A DNA stretch of 63,996 bases, filler included, from Pelomyxa schiedti (GCA_020536535.1; 10 parts of 10 records of this genome joined end to end with filler, not necessarily neighbours in it), one strand, 5' to 3'; counted from the whole stretch's first letter, positions 25,471 to 39,673 are shown. Numbers and translations: made by a program. The notes: generated from the sequence alone by a model not told the origin.

Positions 25471-28400
25471 ATGCTGGAAGAGGGGTGGCATGGCACCTCT
25501 ACATCGAAATCGGCATCGGGATCCCCCGTCGATGATTGGATAGCGTCGACAAACCTGACTTCCCCTGACGAACCCGTTGTCTGCTGTATCGCCAGTTGCG
25601 TTGGTTTGTTTGTTTGGGGGGGGAGTTTGTGCTTGACAGTTGTGGTTCTTATATGTATGAACACATAGATAGTGGATTGGGTGACGCGGACGTGCTGGGA
25701 CTGTGTGGTGTCATACGTGACAAAACCCATGTAACGGCAATAATTTTGAGAGGTGAGAACATGTTTTAAAAAAAGCTAAATCACCAGGTCGTATAATATT
25801 ATGTGAAGGAAATTCAATTGGATCGGCTGGTGTTAGCTTCCTGTCTGATATGTTGGCTGAAAACCACTCAATCACTGAACTAGACCTTGCCAGTAAGTCT
25901 CTTGTCTTGCAATTATTCATAATAAGGACTTGTGTGGGGACAGAGAACGCCATTGGAGATATTGGTGTTACCTTCCTTGGATCGTCACTTTCTCTCCACC
26001 GAGGTCTCACTTCATTAAACCTTTCGAGTTTGTTTCCAGCATGTGGAGTGTTGTCATTAACTCCAAGAAAGGAACCACCTTTGGAGACCCTGGATTATGG
26101 AAACTGAGTGAGGGTCTGCAGAATAACTTTTTCCTTACTGAGATAGACCTAAGTGGTAGAACTGAATTCCAAGTGGTGTTCGTCTTTACTTGACAAGGAA
26201 ATTTGATATCCGACGATGGTTCTATTTCCCTTGTAAAGACATTAAAGGTCAACAAGTCACTCACTTATTTGAATCTTGCTGGTATCTCTGAGCTTTAGTA
26301 CTTTTACTGATCCCTACAGGAAATTGTATTTCCAATTACGGTGCAAGAGAACTCATCCAATCTCTGAGTTTTAATTATTCACTCACTGCACTAGATCTTA
26401 AGGGTGAGTTTTTTTTTTATTTATTGGATTGTCGTCCCACTTTCGAAGGAAACAAGGTCTCCGATTACCCCGACATTGCAGGCATAATGAACAATAATCC
26501 TTTTCTTGTGGATATGACTGATGAAGGTTGCGGATTTAATTTACTCCATTGACTCAACTTAGACGAGAAGATTTGCCACCTGCTTCAGGCCAATAAACAA
26601 GTCTATCAAGGTACAACAAGTGAAGGAAAAAACATAGGAATTAAGAACCATAAGAGATTTCCCTCGAACTAGAGCATGAGGGCATTCACTCCCCGGTTAT
26701 GAAATATATTCACCAAGAGAATCTTCTGAATCTTGATCTGTTAAATATATTTATCACGGCATCAGCTCATAACAGAAGGCGGCTATGTGTTTGCTGCAAT
26801 AATCCATTGCATCCCTGCTGCTTGTTTCTGTCATTCGACTCTGTAATAAGCGTTACCCAGGCTTGCCTGTCACCAATTGCTTTCAGTGTCCTTCTTAACA
26901 GAGGCTGCCTCCATATTGACTGCATGATGCCGTGGCAAGCTCGGGATTTCCTTCACTCAATTATCAGCATTCCAATACACTCAAATTCCGCGGGGCATGA
27001 CCCCCTCTTAATTCAGGAGGCACTTGAAATTATTCTTCGACACTGGGCAGCCATTGGCAACTGGAAAGCTGCAGCGTCGTTCTTCCTATTTGGAGTTCTT
27101 CCAAATGTCAATCTCTCACACCTCAAAATATCCGACCTGCCAACAGAGTTTTGTGAAGCACTTGTTGCATCACGGACAACTCGGAAAAACTTCTGCTTAG
27201 ATATTTCCTACAACAGGCTTGACTATTTGCCGAGTTGCTTATACAAGCTGGAGACTGTTATATTTCGAGGAAACCCTCTCAGTACCATTCCTCAGAGATT
27301 TGTCAATGACCAAGACACAAATTCGTGGGAAGTTCTGTCATCCTTTCTGCGCTACAATGGATCTTGCACAAGGTGGACTCTGAAAAAACTTCTCCTAGTA
27401 GGAGAGGAGGCATCCGGAAAAACTACTCTTCTTAGGGTACATCTACTATATTTTACCGTCTTTTGATTGAAGAACAGTGCTTGAAAGCCCATGGATACCC
27501 AAGACATTCTTTCACAGGCAGTGTTGCAACGGATGGTATTTCCATTCATCCTTCATTCAAAATGAAGATGGGAGGAAATGATTTTGTTGCTTGGGACCTG
27601 GGAGGACAGGAGGTGCTCTACCCTTCACACCAGTAAGTTCATATCCACATTCTCACCTAATAAATTGGCAGGTTTTTCCTTGGTTCAGATTCTGTATTCT
27701 TTGTTCTCTTCAATCTCCATCACGTTGCTGAGTGGCTTTCAAATTCCAATCTCACTTCATCAGAACCACTACCCAGTACCCCTGCAAACACTTCCCTTCC
27801 CAGCACTCATAAGGTGAACCCTATCTGCCCGGATATAAAGAGATTAATTTACTGGGCAAAACAGCTGCGCGCCTCACATACCAAGCGTGAAATAGAAACA
27901 AGAAACATTCAGGACACCTACACAATAGTAATTGGTTCACACGTCGACAAGATTGCAGAAAAGCAGCTCGCCATTGCGGCTCTTATTCTTGCCTCCAAAG
28001 AGTTCAGTGAGCCCCTCACTGGTTCTTCTCTAAAACTTTCATCAGCCTATGGCTTGAGTGGCAAGACTGGCAGTGGATTTCAATGCCGATATGGTGGGAC
28101 CTCTCCCAATATAGGTAAATGGCACAAAAGAAGAGCCATAAAGTGCCTTATAGATGAACTGGAGGATGTTTGCCTCAAATCAAATGTACATGTCTCGGAG
28201 AAATGGATAACGCTCTACAGGCAGTTAACACAACCTGACAGGAAGAGTACTTTTGAATTGAACGGGATACCTATCACATCCTGGACTAGATTTGCCGAGT
28301 GTGCAACACAATGTGGAATAGGCTTGGGAAGTAGCCCTGAAGTAAGGAGTGGCTCCCAAGTAGACATGCTGGAAATACGAATGTGTGCAGATTTCCTGTA

Positions 28401-30848
28401 TGACTCTGGTGCGATTATCTACTTCCGTTCCAGTTTTGGTGTGGATCCAGACCGCTCTTCTATCTTATGCTCCTCGAGTTCTGTAGCTTTGCTACCAAAG
28501 AACCTTGAAGATTTAGTTATACTCAAGCCTGAATGGCTATCGACAGTTATGAAATCAGTTGTCTCTATCTCAGGGAACGAGAGGTGGGTGAACAACGGTT
28601 GCCTGTCACCTATAAATATCCCCAAGATTTTTTCCGAGTTCCCTTCAGCACTGCAAGAAACTCTCCTTGAATTATTTCAAAGGTTTGAAATTGCCCACAG
28701 AAGATCAGATTCCTCTTACCTTATTCCGTGTCTTATGACAAAGAAATTACCAGAGAGTGTGTTTCTCTTTTCTCACCAGCCCGTTTCTTCATCGAGAAGT
28801 TCCTACTTATTTGCATCTTCACCATTGCAGTCTTCTTCACCGTTGCAACGCTCCCTCGTGGTCAGAGAATTTTCAACCGCATCCAAGGAACCTCTGGAAT
28901 GGATCAAAATGCTTCCGGGTTGGTGTCCTCTGAGAGCCTTATCTTGTCCTTGTATTCATGGATATAATTCCCCGCAAGTGTTTCTACTCACTGGCCGCGT
29001 TTTCCAGCTAGACTTCATTCCCCTTGGTCTCTTTGCACGCTTCGTTACTCGTGTTCTTGGCTTTGCTAACACTGAGATACTTCTGATTTGGAGTACTGGT
29101 GCCATTTTGAATTTTCGAGCTAGGCACCAGCCCTCAGATATGGTTGTCACACTTCTCATTACCTGCTCGGAGCGCACTGACACGATTTGTGTGCAGCTCT
29201 GCCTGCACACCTGCAACGGTTCTGTGTCACACTTGCATGCTACGCAACTCTTTGCTCTTTACGCAGGCAAATTTTACGCCAAAGTATTACATTCCATGAC
29301 ATCTCTTCTGAGATTGCATTATCAACACTTGTACGATAAACTTATTCAACATTTCCCCTGTCCTTTCCTTCTTTCTGACCTCCATGCCTCCCTGTGCAAT
29401 CTGTGCGTACATCATAGGCAGACTTTTGAGCCAACTCTTGAGAACGCTGAAAATACTGAAAGGGGTGTTTTTACCCTCACGGAATGTATACATGCAGTTA
29501 AGAATGACAGGGGCATACTCCAGTGCACAAAGTCCACAGGTTGTGGCTTAGGGCATGGTCACATTTCTGTCACAGTTGTGGCACCGGACCTTGCTCTCGA
29601 TCTTTTCCCGATAATCAGCCCGGATACCCTCAAAATCAATTATGCAATCGGCAAAGGAGGAAACGGAACTGTGCATAGAGGAGAACTACGTGGTGGCATT
29701 CCTGTAGCAATCAAAGAACTACATAATAACCAACAAACAGACTTGTCGGAATTCATGTATGAAGCAAGTGTAATGCAGTCTATGCGGCCACACCCTAATT
29801 TGGTGAGATTCTTTGGTGTATGTCCTGAACCAAATATGAGCTTAGTTATGGAGTTGTGTGTCCCCGTCCCTCTTCCTTCCAATCCTAAAAGTGAGGATGC
29901 TGGGTGTCCTTGGATTAAGTTTCTCCTTGAATTTGGGCCTCTAAAAAAACCAGACGTTTCTTGTTTGTTGGAACTGATACAACATGCCGCGGAAAAGGCA
30001 TCTGCAAGGAGAACCTTTCCAGAAAATGGCGTTTCCAAGTTTGAGCTACATCAGCAAGAGCTGCAAGAAAAGAGACAATTTGTCTCCAAAGTGCTCCCAT
30101 TGAATCTTATGCAACATCTCTTCCATGATATCCTACAAGGTCTCCACCATCTTCACAGTGGAACGCCTCCTTTGGTGCACCGGGACTTACACGCAAGTAA
30201 CATTCACCTTTCGCGATTCAACCCTTACCTGCACTAGGAAACATTTTTATTGTAAGTCTTGATCCAACAGGCCCTGGTCCATGGGCCAAGGTATGCAAAA
30301 CTACGAAAGATGAATTTGTAATGTGCTTGAATTAGATCGCGGATTTTGGACTCTCTGAATATCTTCTGACCGGACCAACTGAGGGTTCCAGGAGCGAAAT
30401 TAACATATTTCCACCGGAAGTACTTCAAGGCGGAAAAAGTGACAGTAAAGCGGATATCTGGTGCTTTGGTTTCTACATGCCTAATTGTTTCCGCACTTGA
30501 TGACATTCTCGCAGGAATGATTGCCGGCCTTTTCCTCGACCCGTTTTCCTCCCCTTTTGATCACCTTTTATCCGACCCGCTCTACAGCAAAGCCGTCAAA
30601 GGAAACTATGTACTGAACACAGCCAAAGTCCGCGAGGCCCTGATTGACGGCCTGGTGTCACCAAGGTTCTGCACCCCTACACCCGGTAAGCAAATGACAT
30701 TCCGATATACACTAAAGAGAGTGCAGGCTCAGATATAATCCCTCCATCTACCTCCGGCTGGGGTCTATCACTTATAGAGGAGTGCCTCCACAGGAATCCT
30801 GAGGACCGGCCCTCAGCCAGCACACTGCTGACAAGATATTTCGCATGA
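25471..30848 (+). CDS. Roco protein (LRR-Roc GTPase-COR-kinase)
   Basis: RI-type LRRs; Roc LLLVGEEASGKTTL, ATDGI, WDLGGQEV; COR VILKPEWLS; kinase IGKGGNG, VAIKEL, HRDLH, IADFGLS, PPE, ADIWCFG, EDRPSA. Confidence 0.93.
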
Positions 30849-31008
30849 TCATTATACCCAAGGGCACCACTCTCTGTGTATTCAATTCTCCCTGAGAAGG
30901 GGCAAGACCCATAATCATTACACGCCGCCACCACACCGTCATCCTCGCTCTCGGTCTGTTTCTAGTAAATTTTTTGTCTGTTGTTTTTTTGATCAGGCAA
31001 TTTATTTG

Positions 31009-33063
31009 ATGGCGGGACTTAGCGCCACGGGGCGGCTCCGTGACGAGCTGTCTGACAAAAATGCGGAAATAGATGCACTAAAGGTCATTCTTCATTCTCC
31101 CCTAATTTACTCGAGTGTGTAACAAATGCAACGCCGGTGTGAGCATGGAGTTTTCGGCTTTTTTTTTCCTAATGCAGTGTGTGTAGCTGCAAGTTAAGCT
31201 GTTACGAGAAACACAGGGACCAAATGGAGTACAGGGAGATGCACCTGATATAAAGGAGCTTCTATTGGGTGTGAATTATGGGCCTTAGTTTGGTTTTATT
31301 TTATTTTATTTTTACTTAGCCTCTTCTTTAGCCAAACAAAAACTCAGTGCTGAAATTGAACAGATGAAGTTTGAGCTGGAACAAGAGAGGGCTAATAATG
31401 CTAAAAATAAACGGCACATAAGGGACTTGAATGCAACCATTGAGGTGACAACAACAACAAAAAAAAGAAGCCTAACTTACTTGGCTGTAGCGATGTCGCT
31501 CATCCTCTAGTCAACTTCCCCCCACTTCTTCAAGTCACACCAATATCCCATCATCAACCTCTACCCAGAATACTATCTCCCCAGAACTACTTTCACAGAT
31601 TTCGCAGTTATCTTCCACCATTTCCACTGCTCTCACTGACTCTCCACTACTCAAGAATATCCCAGCATCCCCAATGATTGACCTGGGAACTCCAACCCCA
31701 CCTACTTCCCCACAGCCACCACTATCTCCGCCACCCACAACCCCATTACCTTCAGTATCTACACTACAAAATGTAACTCACCCACTCACTGTGGCTACCA
31801 ATACACCAAGCGCACAACCCTCTCCGGCATTAAAGCAACCACCTACACTGGCGCCTACAACCCCAATGAACGATGCCCTTCTAGAAGCACAAAGAAAGTG
31901 CCAGAAACTGGAACAAGACATGCAACACCTGCAGACTCAATATGAATTGCAGACCAACTCTCTTAATTCGCAGAGTGCGTTATGTGTGGAACAGCTTAGA
32001 AATGTGCAGACCACTCTTTCAGCAAGGGAATTACTGCTTGATCAAACAACCGCATCACTCAAGGCAACCAACTCGGCACTTGAAAATGCCAAGCACCAGT
32101 TAAGTTCCTGTTTGGAGGAATTGGAACGAGTCAAAGCTGAATTAGTGCCTAAAGAACAGCTTGAATCCCGTAAGTTAGTGTGCAATTGTCTATTACTTAC
32201 TTGGCTTTGTAGGACTTCGAGTTATGGAGGTGGACCGTGAAGCCCTAGAGAAGCAACTTGAAAGTGCTCAGCTCCAACAAAAGCAGCTGACTGCAGAACT
32301 CACTGAAGCACAGACGAATATAGCGACACTTACAGAACAGAATGAGCAATTCAACGCCGAAGTTGTTGGCCTCAGGTCGAAGCTCGAAGAAACCCATACC
32401 ATGGTACAGAGTACGAGATCTAAAAAGGATCTATCACGTGACAAGGTAGGGAAGTTCTTTCCGCAGTACTCTAACCCAATCCTTAGGATTTCCACGACCG
32501 TTTCCCTGATCTCCCCGCCACTGAGTTGCTTATTGAATGTATGCCATTTCTGCCTTATCCTTCCACTAAGTGCTCTTTTGATATCAGATTATTATTGCTC
32601 CTACGGGAAGACCCTCGGGTATTTATATCTGAGTCAAAGTGTGCTGTTTTTTTTCTTAAAGTTCCCTAAGATAGATAACATAAAGATTACGTTTGCTTTG
32701 AATCAATGACCGGTGGGTCCCGATGCATGTTTCCTCTCAAGTCCATTCTGTCAGTGAATCAAGTACACCCTTCTCCGCGAATGTAATTACCCCTATAATG
32801 ACATGCACCCCATTCCAGGCCAAAGGGCTCATACCCGGCAAAAGTGCACTACAAATAAGTCTGGATGACACCAAGGTTGTTTCCGAAACCCAACCCACAA
32901 CTATCTCACCAACACATCAAAGGTGCACGGGTTCTTCGGCCTCTCCAACGTGAGCCGGATCATCAAGACCATCGTGGTTCAGGGCCGCAACGGCTCCCAC
33001 ATCATCATCCCACTCAAGGACGGCAAAGAGGTAGACATCTCAACACTCATTGACGCACCATAA
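31009..33063 (+). CDS. Coiled-coil protein with C-terminal GRAM-like (PH-fold) domain
   Basis: Heptad-rich exons and a Pro/Thr linker, then DFHDRFPDLPATELLIE / YYCSY..GYLYLSQSVLFF / SALQISLDDTK / VHGFFGL. Confidence 0.75.
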
Positions 33064-33182
33064 CAACCCCCGAACGTCCCACACACAACCACTCTCTATG
33101 CACTCTGTTGATGCGCTTTTATCTTGTTCGCGCAGCACCTCAAATACTTTTTTTCCCTGAAAAACGAAAGTTTCGTTTGGTG

Positions 33183-33366
33183 ATGAACAGCCGAAACAAC
33201 AAAAAGCAAGCGACACCAAACAACAACAACAACCCGATGACGACTACGACGAGGGGAGGACTGGGCGGGGGGGGCAGTAGCAGTAGTAGGCCATGGGGAA
33301 TGGGAACCACCACCACCACCAACCCCAACCACCAACCAATGATGATGTCCATGTCGATTTCCATGC

Positions 33367-33400
<34 letters not shown>

Positions 33401-34301
33401 CCCCCACGGCGGCCACAACCAACAGCAGCAGGGCGGGGGCGGTAGGGGCCCAAGGGGGGGCAGGGGCCAGCTGCTGGGTAGAGACCACGGCATCAACAAC
33501 GCGGCCCCCCCACAACAACAACAACCACCACCACCACACGTGCTGGTGGTTAATCAGCAGCAGCAGCAACCAGACGGCAACCGGGGTTCCAGTGGTGTGA
33601 CCGTGGCCGCTGTCCCATCATCTGACGTGAGGAACTACGACCGCCAGATGTCCATGCTAATCCAGCCCCAGCACCAACAGGAATACAACCCAAACACGGT
33701 CTCCAGCAACACCCCTGATCCAACACAACCACAGCCACTACAACAGTCTTCATCATCACCCCCACCCAGCACCCACACTGACACGCAATTACTACCACAG
33801 CCACAACAACCGCAACAGGTGGTACTAGTGGGCCCACAGCAAGGTGTATCAGTCCAAAGCACACCAACACCAACACAACCAGCCCCAGTAGCACTACTGG
33901 TGGTGGTATCACAACCCCAATACACGGTCACACCAGTAGTACCAGTACAGCAGCAGCAGGCACTCGGTGGTGATTCTGGTTTGTACCCACACCCTGAGGC
34001 TCAATCACCATCACCACCATTCGCACAGCTGCCACAACAGCAGCCAAGTATACTGGGCATGGTTGCAGTGGATCAGAACCAGCAGCTCAACTGGAACCAT
34101 CATGCTGATGGTGGTGTATCTGCTGCAATGTCCCCGAACGAGGAAATGAGGCTGTTGCTAAAGGAGAGGTATGATGCTGCCTGTGTCAATCCTGCCGTTA
34201 TGGTTCACAAGTCAACTGGGAATGTTGCGGCAAAGCCTGATCCCTTTTTATTCCTAAGGCAACTGGAGGAGGCCAGAATAACCTTTTTGCAACACCACTG
34301 A
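33183..34301 (+). CDS. Intronless Asn/Gln/Gly/Pro-rich low-complexity protein
   Basis: ~372-aa open frame with N11 and Q runs and a short helical C-terminus (KPDPFLFLRQLEEAR). Confidence 0.6.
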
Positions 34302-34373
34302 TATATTGAGAGGGTTTGAGTTATTTAATTATTATTTATCACCTTGGAGACTTTTTTTTTTTTTGGTAGTACA

Positions 34374-35811
34374 TCATAGAGGCACACAGTGCCCTTCAGA
34401 GTCACATGTCCCACCTTTTTTTAAATAAGTTCAACGAGAATGCGGAACTAATTGCGCACCATCGTTACACGTTATAGTGGGGTCACAATAAACATTACAA
34501 ATGGAATCGGCTGTTTCTCCACAGAGTGGATACCACCCGGCCTCACATTCACAATTTGTTCTTCCAAACTCGTCATATGCAAAGTGCTGATCTAAAATAT
34601 GTGAGGCAGAAAGAAAGTAGTGCAGAGCACAAACCTTGGGTTCCACCACAATCACAACCGCCGGTGAAGAGACAATTGCCTACATTGTTGCAGTTGAACT
34701 CAGGCCCGCACTTTGCATAAAAGTCCTTGTTCAAGCACTCGAACACCACTTGGAACCATATCTCTTCTGCAATTTTTTTTGCCGACTCTCTCACATACTC
34801 CGGGCAGAAGGATTGTTCAAAGTCAGCTTCTGTAAGTGACGTCACACAAGTGTGAAGAAGATAGCCACATTCACAGTCCAGGGCCGGCTCAACTGTGACA
34901 CACCAATCGTGCATCTTTATGGGTTAATTAAACGGTAATTGTACTTCTAATTATTTCGACACCTGGCAACAGATATCAAGTGCATCGCAAGGTTGAGCCC
35001 CAAGACAACCGTAATAATGGTCACCACAGAATTTCCCGTATCTAGAATAGTTACTACTCCGGTATGATAATGACGTGCATACTGCTGGAAGAAGCCACCT
35101 TTTTCACAGACACATTCCTTTGAGCATCCAGTATCATTTGCCTGCATTGGGTCCTGATCTTTCCAGTTCATTAATAAGTCATCAAAACAAGGGGAGGAAA
35201 ACAAAAGCAGGACCCCTACCTGCTTGGTAGAGACATGAACTGTCATCCGTCGTTGCACGAAAGTTGTAGTTCCAAGCATTGAGATTAGTGCACCCTGTCC
35301 CATACCTAACCCAACCAACCACAGTCAGTCACTCAGTCAGTCTCAGGGTTACAGTCAAACAGCTAGTTAGCTAGCTAGCTAGGCGAGGTGGGGGATGGCA
35401 GATGCCGCCGGTGCTACTAGTACTAGTACTAGTACTACTAAGTAACAACACAACAGCAACAACAACAACGACATACAGGGAGCACGGGGGCGGGGCGTCG
35501 AGCAGGGAGCAGTCGTCGGGGTCGCGGGTCCACACGTCCGGGCACGACACGTACACGCTGGACTTGGACTTGCAGTCGCGCGTGGCCTCGCACCAGTCGC
35601 ACCCGTCCACGATCCCGCTGCCGTGGCACGCCCCGCACGACGTGTTGGTCAAGTCCCCGCACGCCAGCGACCGCGGCACGGCCCCCCCCGCCCCCACGCC
35701 GGCCTGCGCCCGCGCCGTGCCGACGATCGGTTGCGGCCGCGGCGGGAGGCAAGTGGCGCCGGTGACCATCACCACAACCACCACCACAATGGAGAGTCGC
35801 ATCTGCGTCAT
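34374..35811 (-). CDS. Secreted phospholipase A2 (plant group XI-like) with PSI-like and EGF-like modules, paralog A
   Basis: Signal peptide; PSI-like C..C..CH..GCDWC..C; GCTNLNAWNYNFRATTDDSSC; Ca loop and active site YGKFCGDHYYGCLGAQPCDALDICCQ|MHDWC; C-terminal EGF-like repeats. Confidence 0.88.
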
Positions 35812-35935
35812 GTTATGTCGTCGGTGTTGTATTGTGGGAGAGTGTCCCTTCAGCAGCCGCCAAGTTTCGGGTAAAGAATTGTTTGTTTTTTTTTCTGATC
35901 ATGTGATGGAGTGGAGGCTTTTTTGTCCCAGGAAT

Positions 35936-38900
35936 CTAAAAGGTGTTGACAGATTTTGGACTTGGGGGTATGAGGGTGGGATCAGTGTAGAGTATAGTGT
36001 ACTTCATGGGCCAGTAGCTCCAGTCCCGGCTATGGTGGGGTTAAGTTCCAGTTTGTTTTGAGTGCAGATAACCTTAGGCAGAGAATGGCTGGATTTAGTA
36101 ATGTTCTAATTACAAACGTGTCCAGAAGCACTGCGACAGCCAGTAAAAACCTGGAAAAGGGATTAAAGGAGAGCACAACTGCGTGATGTCCATTACCCGC
36201 ACTGCACAAGTAACATTTCTGAGGACAGCATTAGGCCGGCAAATGAAACGGCCATAATAAGCCCTGCAAAAGTGATAACGTGTCCTGTCTTCTGTACACC
36301 TTTGATGATGGCGGACCGGTAGTCATAGCTGAAATGGTTAGGGCACCACTATAGATGAACAAGGAATATGTACCCCTGCTTCCGGTATTCAACAATCCTG
36401 GAAAACAAGAAAATATCATAGTCAAGTCCTAACCCCACAATGACAGAAAAACACATTATAGGACCGATCCAGTACATTCCCTCGTTTGACCTGGTTTGGT
36501 GTGAATTGATGTTGAAAAGGTAAGGAGAAGTTGAATGATTACGCCATCATGGTTCCAATCCAATCAAACCAAGAAGTGCAAAAAAACATAGACGCCAAAC
36601 CATAAACTGACCCCAGGGTTAAAATAAGGGTTATCACAATTCTCACTGGCAAAAATGCACTCCGGAACACGATCACAAGCTATTTCAGCTGTATTAGTAT
36701 GATAAAAAAATTAACCCAAATTTACCAAGAGAACAATCACAGCAAATGTTCCCAAGATCATGTAAGGGAAAAGGTCTATAGTAGCTTCCACAGCGTCATA
36801 TTCATCCACAATTTCTGATGCTTGTGAGAAAATTGCTTCTTAAGAGTAAGACTCACGATTTCGCAAATAGAATGTAAAGGTATTTTCGTTATTATATTTA
36901 TCCAGAACTGCCCGAATCCCGTTGCACGTTTCAGCAACAAGAATGGCGGGGTTAAAGTCCGGAATGAGAATCATATGATTTGCAGTTTTATTTACATTAG
37001 TCAGTACAGAAAAAAGGGCGCTATAAACCTTTTTGAAGAAAAAGAAAGGAAACCTGTGAGCCACGGAATTAAAAAAAAGGAAGAACGCTCTTACAATCTC
37101 TCCTTTATCCAGTAGAAGCCGTGCGAACCCGTAGTTAATATCAATTGTGCCAACTTTGGAAATAGCAAGTTCGTTTTCTTCAGGAAATCCATACCTTAGG
37201 AAATTTGAGTTGCAAGCTAGTTCTTAAAATTATGTAACGTGGTGTTAGATATTTCGGCTAAGACAATCTGTGATATATTGTAAAACTCCGGCGACTCAAT
37301 GGAATAGGGTTCACTTGCAATAGTCAAAATTTGGTATGGATAAATGTACGTTGTATTAAGGATAACAATATAATCAGGGGAAAATGAAGAATTAAGGATA
37401 TCTCTCCTTCTGGCCAATCAGTATTTATTGCATCTAGGGCTTCCATTGCCGGACAACCACTAGGAATGACTTGCATATTATCAAGGGACCATTCAAAGTA
37501 CTAAACCGCAAAGAGCATAAATACTCACTAATCAAAAAAGATAACATACTATTAGCATTACACAAAGGGGCGTCAACAGAATAAATGTAACTAAAATTAT
37601 GATCACCGACCACTTGGTAGTCGTTGAAAATGATGCTGACATGTACCAAAAAGTTTTCTGCTCCCTGTCGTTTGTTACACTCCGGATAGTGGACATGATA
37701 CCTTAAAACTCTCTCTTCAGGAGGAAGCACTTCAACAGTGCGGCAAGACTTCTTGCATGGCAGTACTCTAGACTGTAGTTAATGGAAAAAACAATTTTGT
37801 CCCAGCCTACCCAGGTATACTGAAGAACTTCCCGAAAGTTAACAGTAATGCTGGGGTTAGCGTTAAATTGAGGAGGATAGTAAATAGCAATGCCAAGCCT
37901 CCGGCAACCTTTGAAACTTAGGGATAAAGAAGTTAACGGGGAAGATAATCAGTACCCCTTCAGACGCCAATAGAGCAACAGGGAAAACGGCAATGGAAAA
38001 TATTGTAATTAAAAGAATACTGCCACTAGTAGCGACTATTCGACCTGCATGCCTGGGGTTCATTATTCCCTTCCTCCTCAACCCCAGTTTGATACCGAAG
38101 AGAATTGGATACAGATTCGTAGTTCGTATGCCCATAGCCCAACTCTTCTCGATAGCGAGTCAAAAGGAAGAGAGAGTAATCTATGTTCATCGCTATAATT
38201 ATCGACATCATCAAAGATGTTGAGAAGGTGGCAACGTCTTCAAGGGTTCATTAACGTAACTCATAAGGCGATAACACTTACCCCAAACCATAGCTATTGG
38301 ATACATGAGAGCAAATGAGTAAACCACAGCAAGGGACACGTTTATCACAGGGATGATCATAAGTGTAATGGCACGTATGACGGAGAGCAATATCAAAAGT
38401 GCAGCTGGCAAAGCAATGACATCCATCATTTCTAGATCATGAACACTCCTATTGGCCGTGAGTATTTTTTTTAGCCAAGGACTGGAATACTCTGTTTGAA
38501 CATCAGCCAAGAGTGCATCGTACCCACAAACCCATATGGAATAGTTACCCCCTTGTGTGTCTAGTTTTTTCACCTTTTCTCGGAAGTAGTGGGGTGCAGT
38601 TAAGGAAAAGTGAGAACCACAGTTAAAGTAGGAGTGGTAGGATATATTATTGAAATCGAAGGCCTTCATGGTAGCAGTTTCAGTTGTTGATACAAATACG
38701 AGCGTCGATCTTGTGCTCTCACTTACAAACAGAATCCTCAAAGCCAACTCAGTGAAAATAGGTTCGCTTGAATTGCGTGGAGCAAGATAGTAGCCAAGGA
38801 CTCCTCCCACCATTTCCTCGTCTTCGTATGAATATGCAATATCCCGCAGTGCTATGGTTGTATTTTCTGCCCAATCCCCATATATACTTGCATTCCGTTC

Positions 38901-39420
38901 GTTCATCAACATTGCAACGAGCATCCCTTGGTCGTACGAATCTGGGAAATATTCTTTTTCAAGAGCATTTGCCTGAGATAGGGTTAGTTGGGAAAGACAG
39001 TGATATTGGGAACCTGCCCCGCCAGAGAAGATGCTGGGGGTGTAAAAGAAATAGTCTGTAAGAGGGGAAAATGAAAGGAGAGGCATTAACCAAAGAATTG
39101 TGATCTCCAGACAAAATGGGGTAACACACAGTAACAGTCATAAACTGGAGTGCGAAATAAGCACAGGTGATGGCACCCACAGCCCAGCCCAATATAACTC
39201 CAATTCGAATCTTGTGGAACACAGCGAACGCCTTGTCAAACAAGTCAGGGGTTTTTCTCCCACAAGTGGGGTTATCCTTCCCCAGCAATGTCTTGTTCTC
39301 TGCATCGCCAGCATGGTCGTCGCCGTTCTCCCCGCCGCTTCTACCCTGAGACGAACCTCCAAAGGAGGAGGTATCAACAACAGGCGGAGTGGAACCACTC
39401 ATAGCCACGTGTGACGCCAT
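35936..39420 (-). CDS. MMPL/RND-family lipid transporter
   Basis: Two MMPL halves: AMNIDYSLFLLTRYREEL / AGRIVATSGSIL and VGLGLDYDIFLFSRIVEYR / AGLIMAVSFAGL / AVAVLLDTFVIRTLLNPAIL..WSYWP. Confidence 0.92.
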
Positions 39421-39673
39421 CGTGCGTGTGTCACCACAAGAACAATAAGATCAGATCCACTTGGGCGGGTCGAGGCACTAACCTCGAGTTTATTGTTTTT
39501 TTATTTGATTTCGTTCTGTGATTGTAGATTTTCGAGTCGATGGCAGGCAACTTCTGTCAAGACAGCCAAAATGAAAGAGAGGAATTCTAGTTCAACGAAC
39601 AACAGTTTTCTTTTAGTGACTCCAGACAGACACATAATTTGGTTCACATAATTTAAAATAAAGGACTCTGGGG

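Noticed and set aside
32955-33063. YbaK/ProX editing-domain resemblance (IIKTIVV...EVDI)
   Set aside because: Better explained as the C-terminal helix and tail of the upstream GRAM-like domain.
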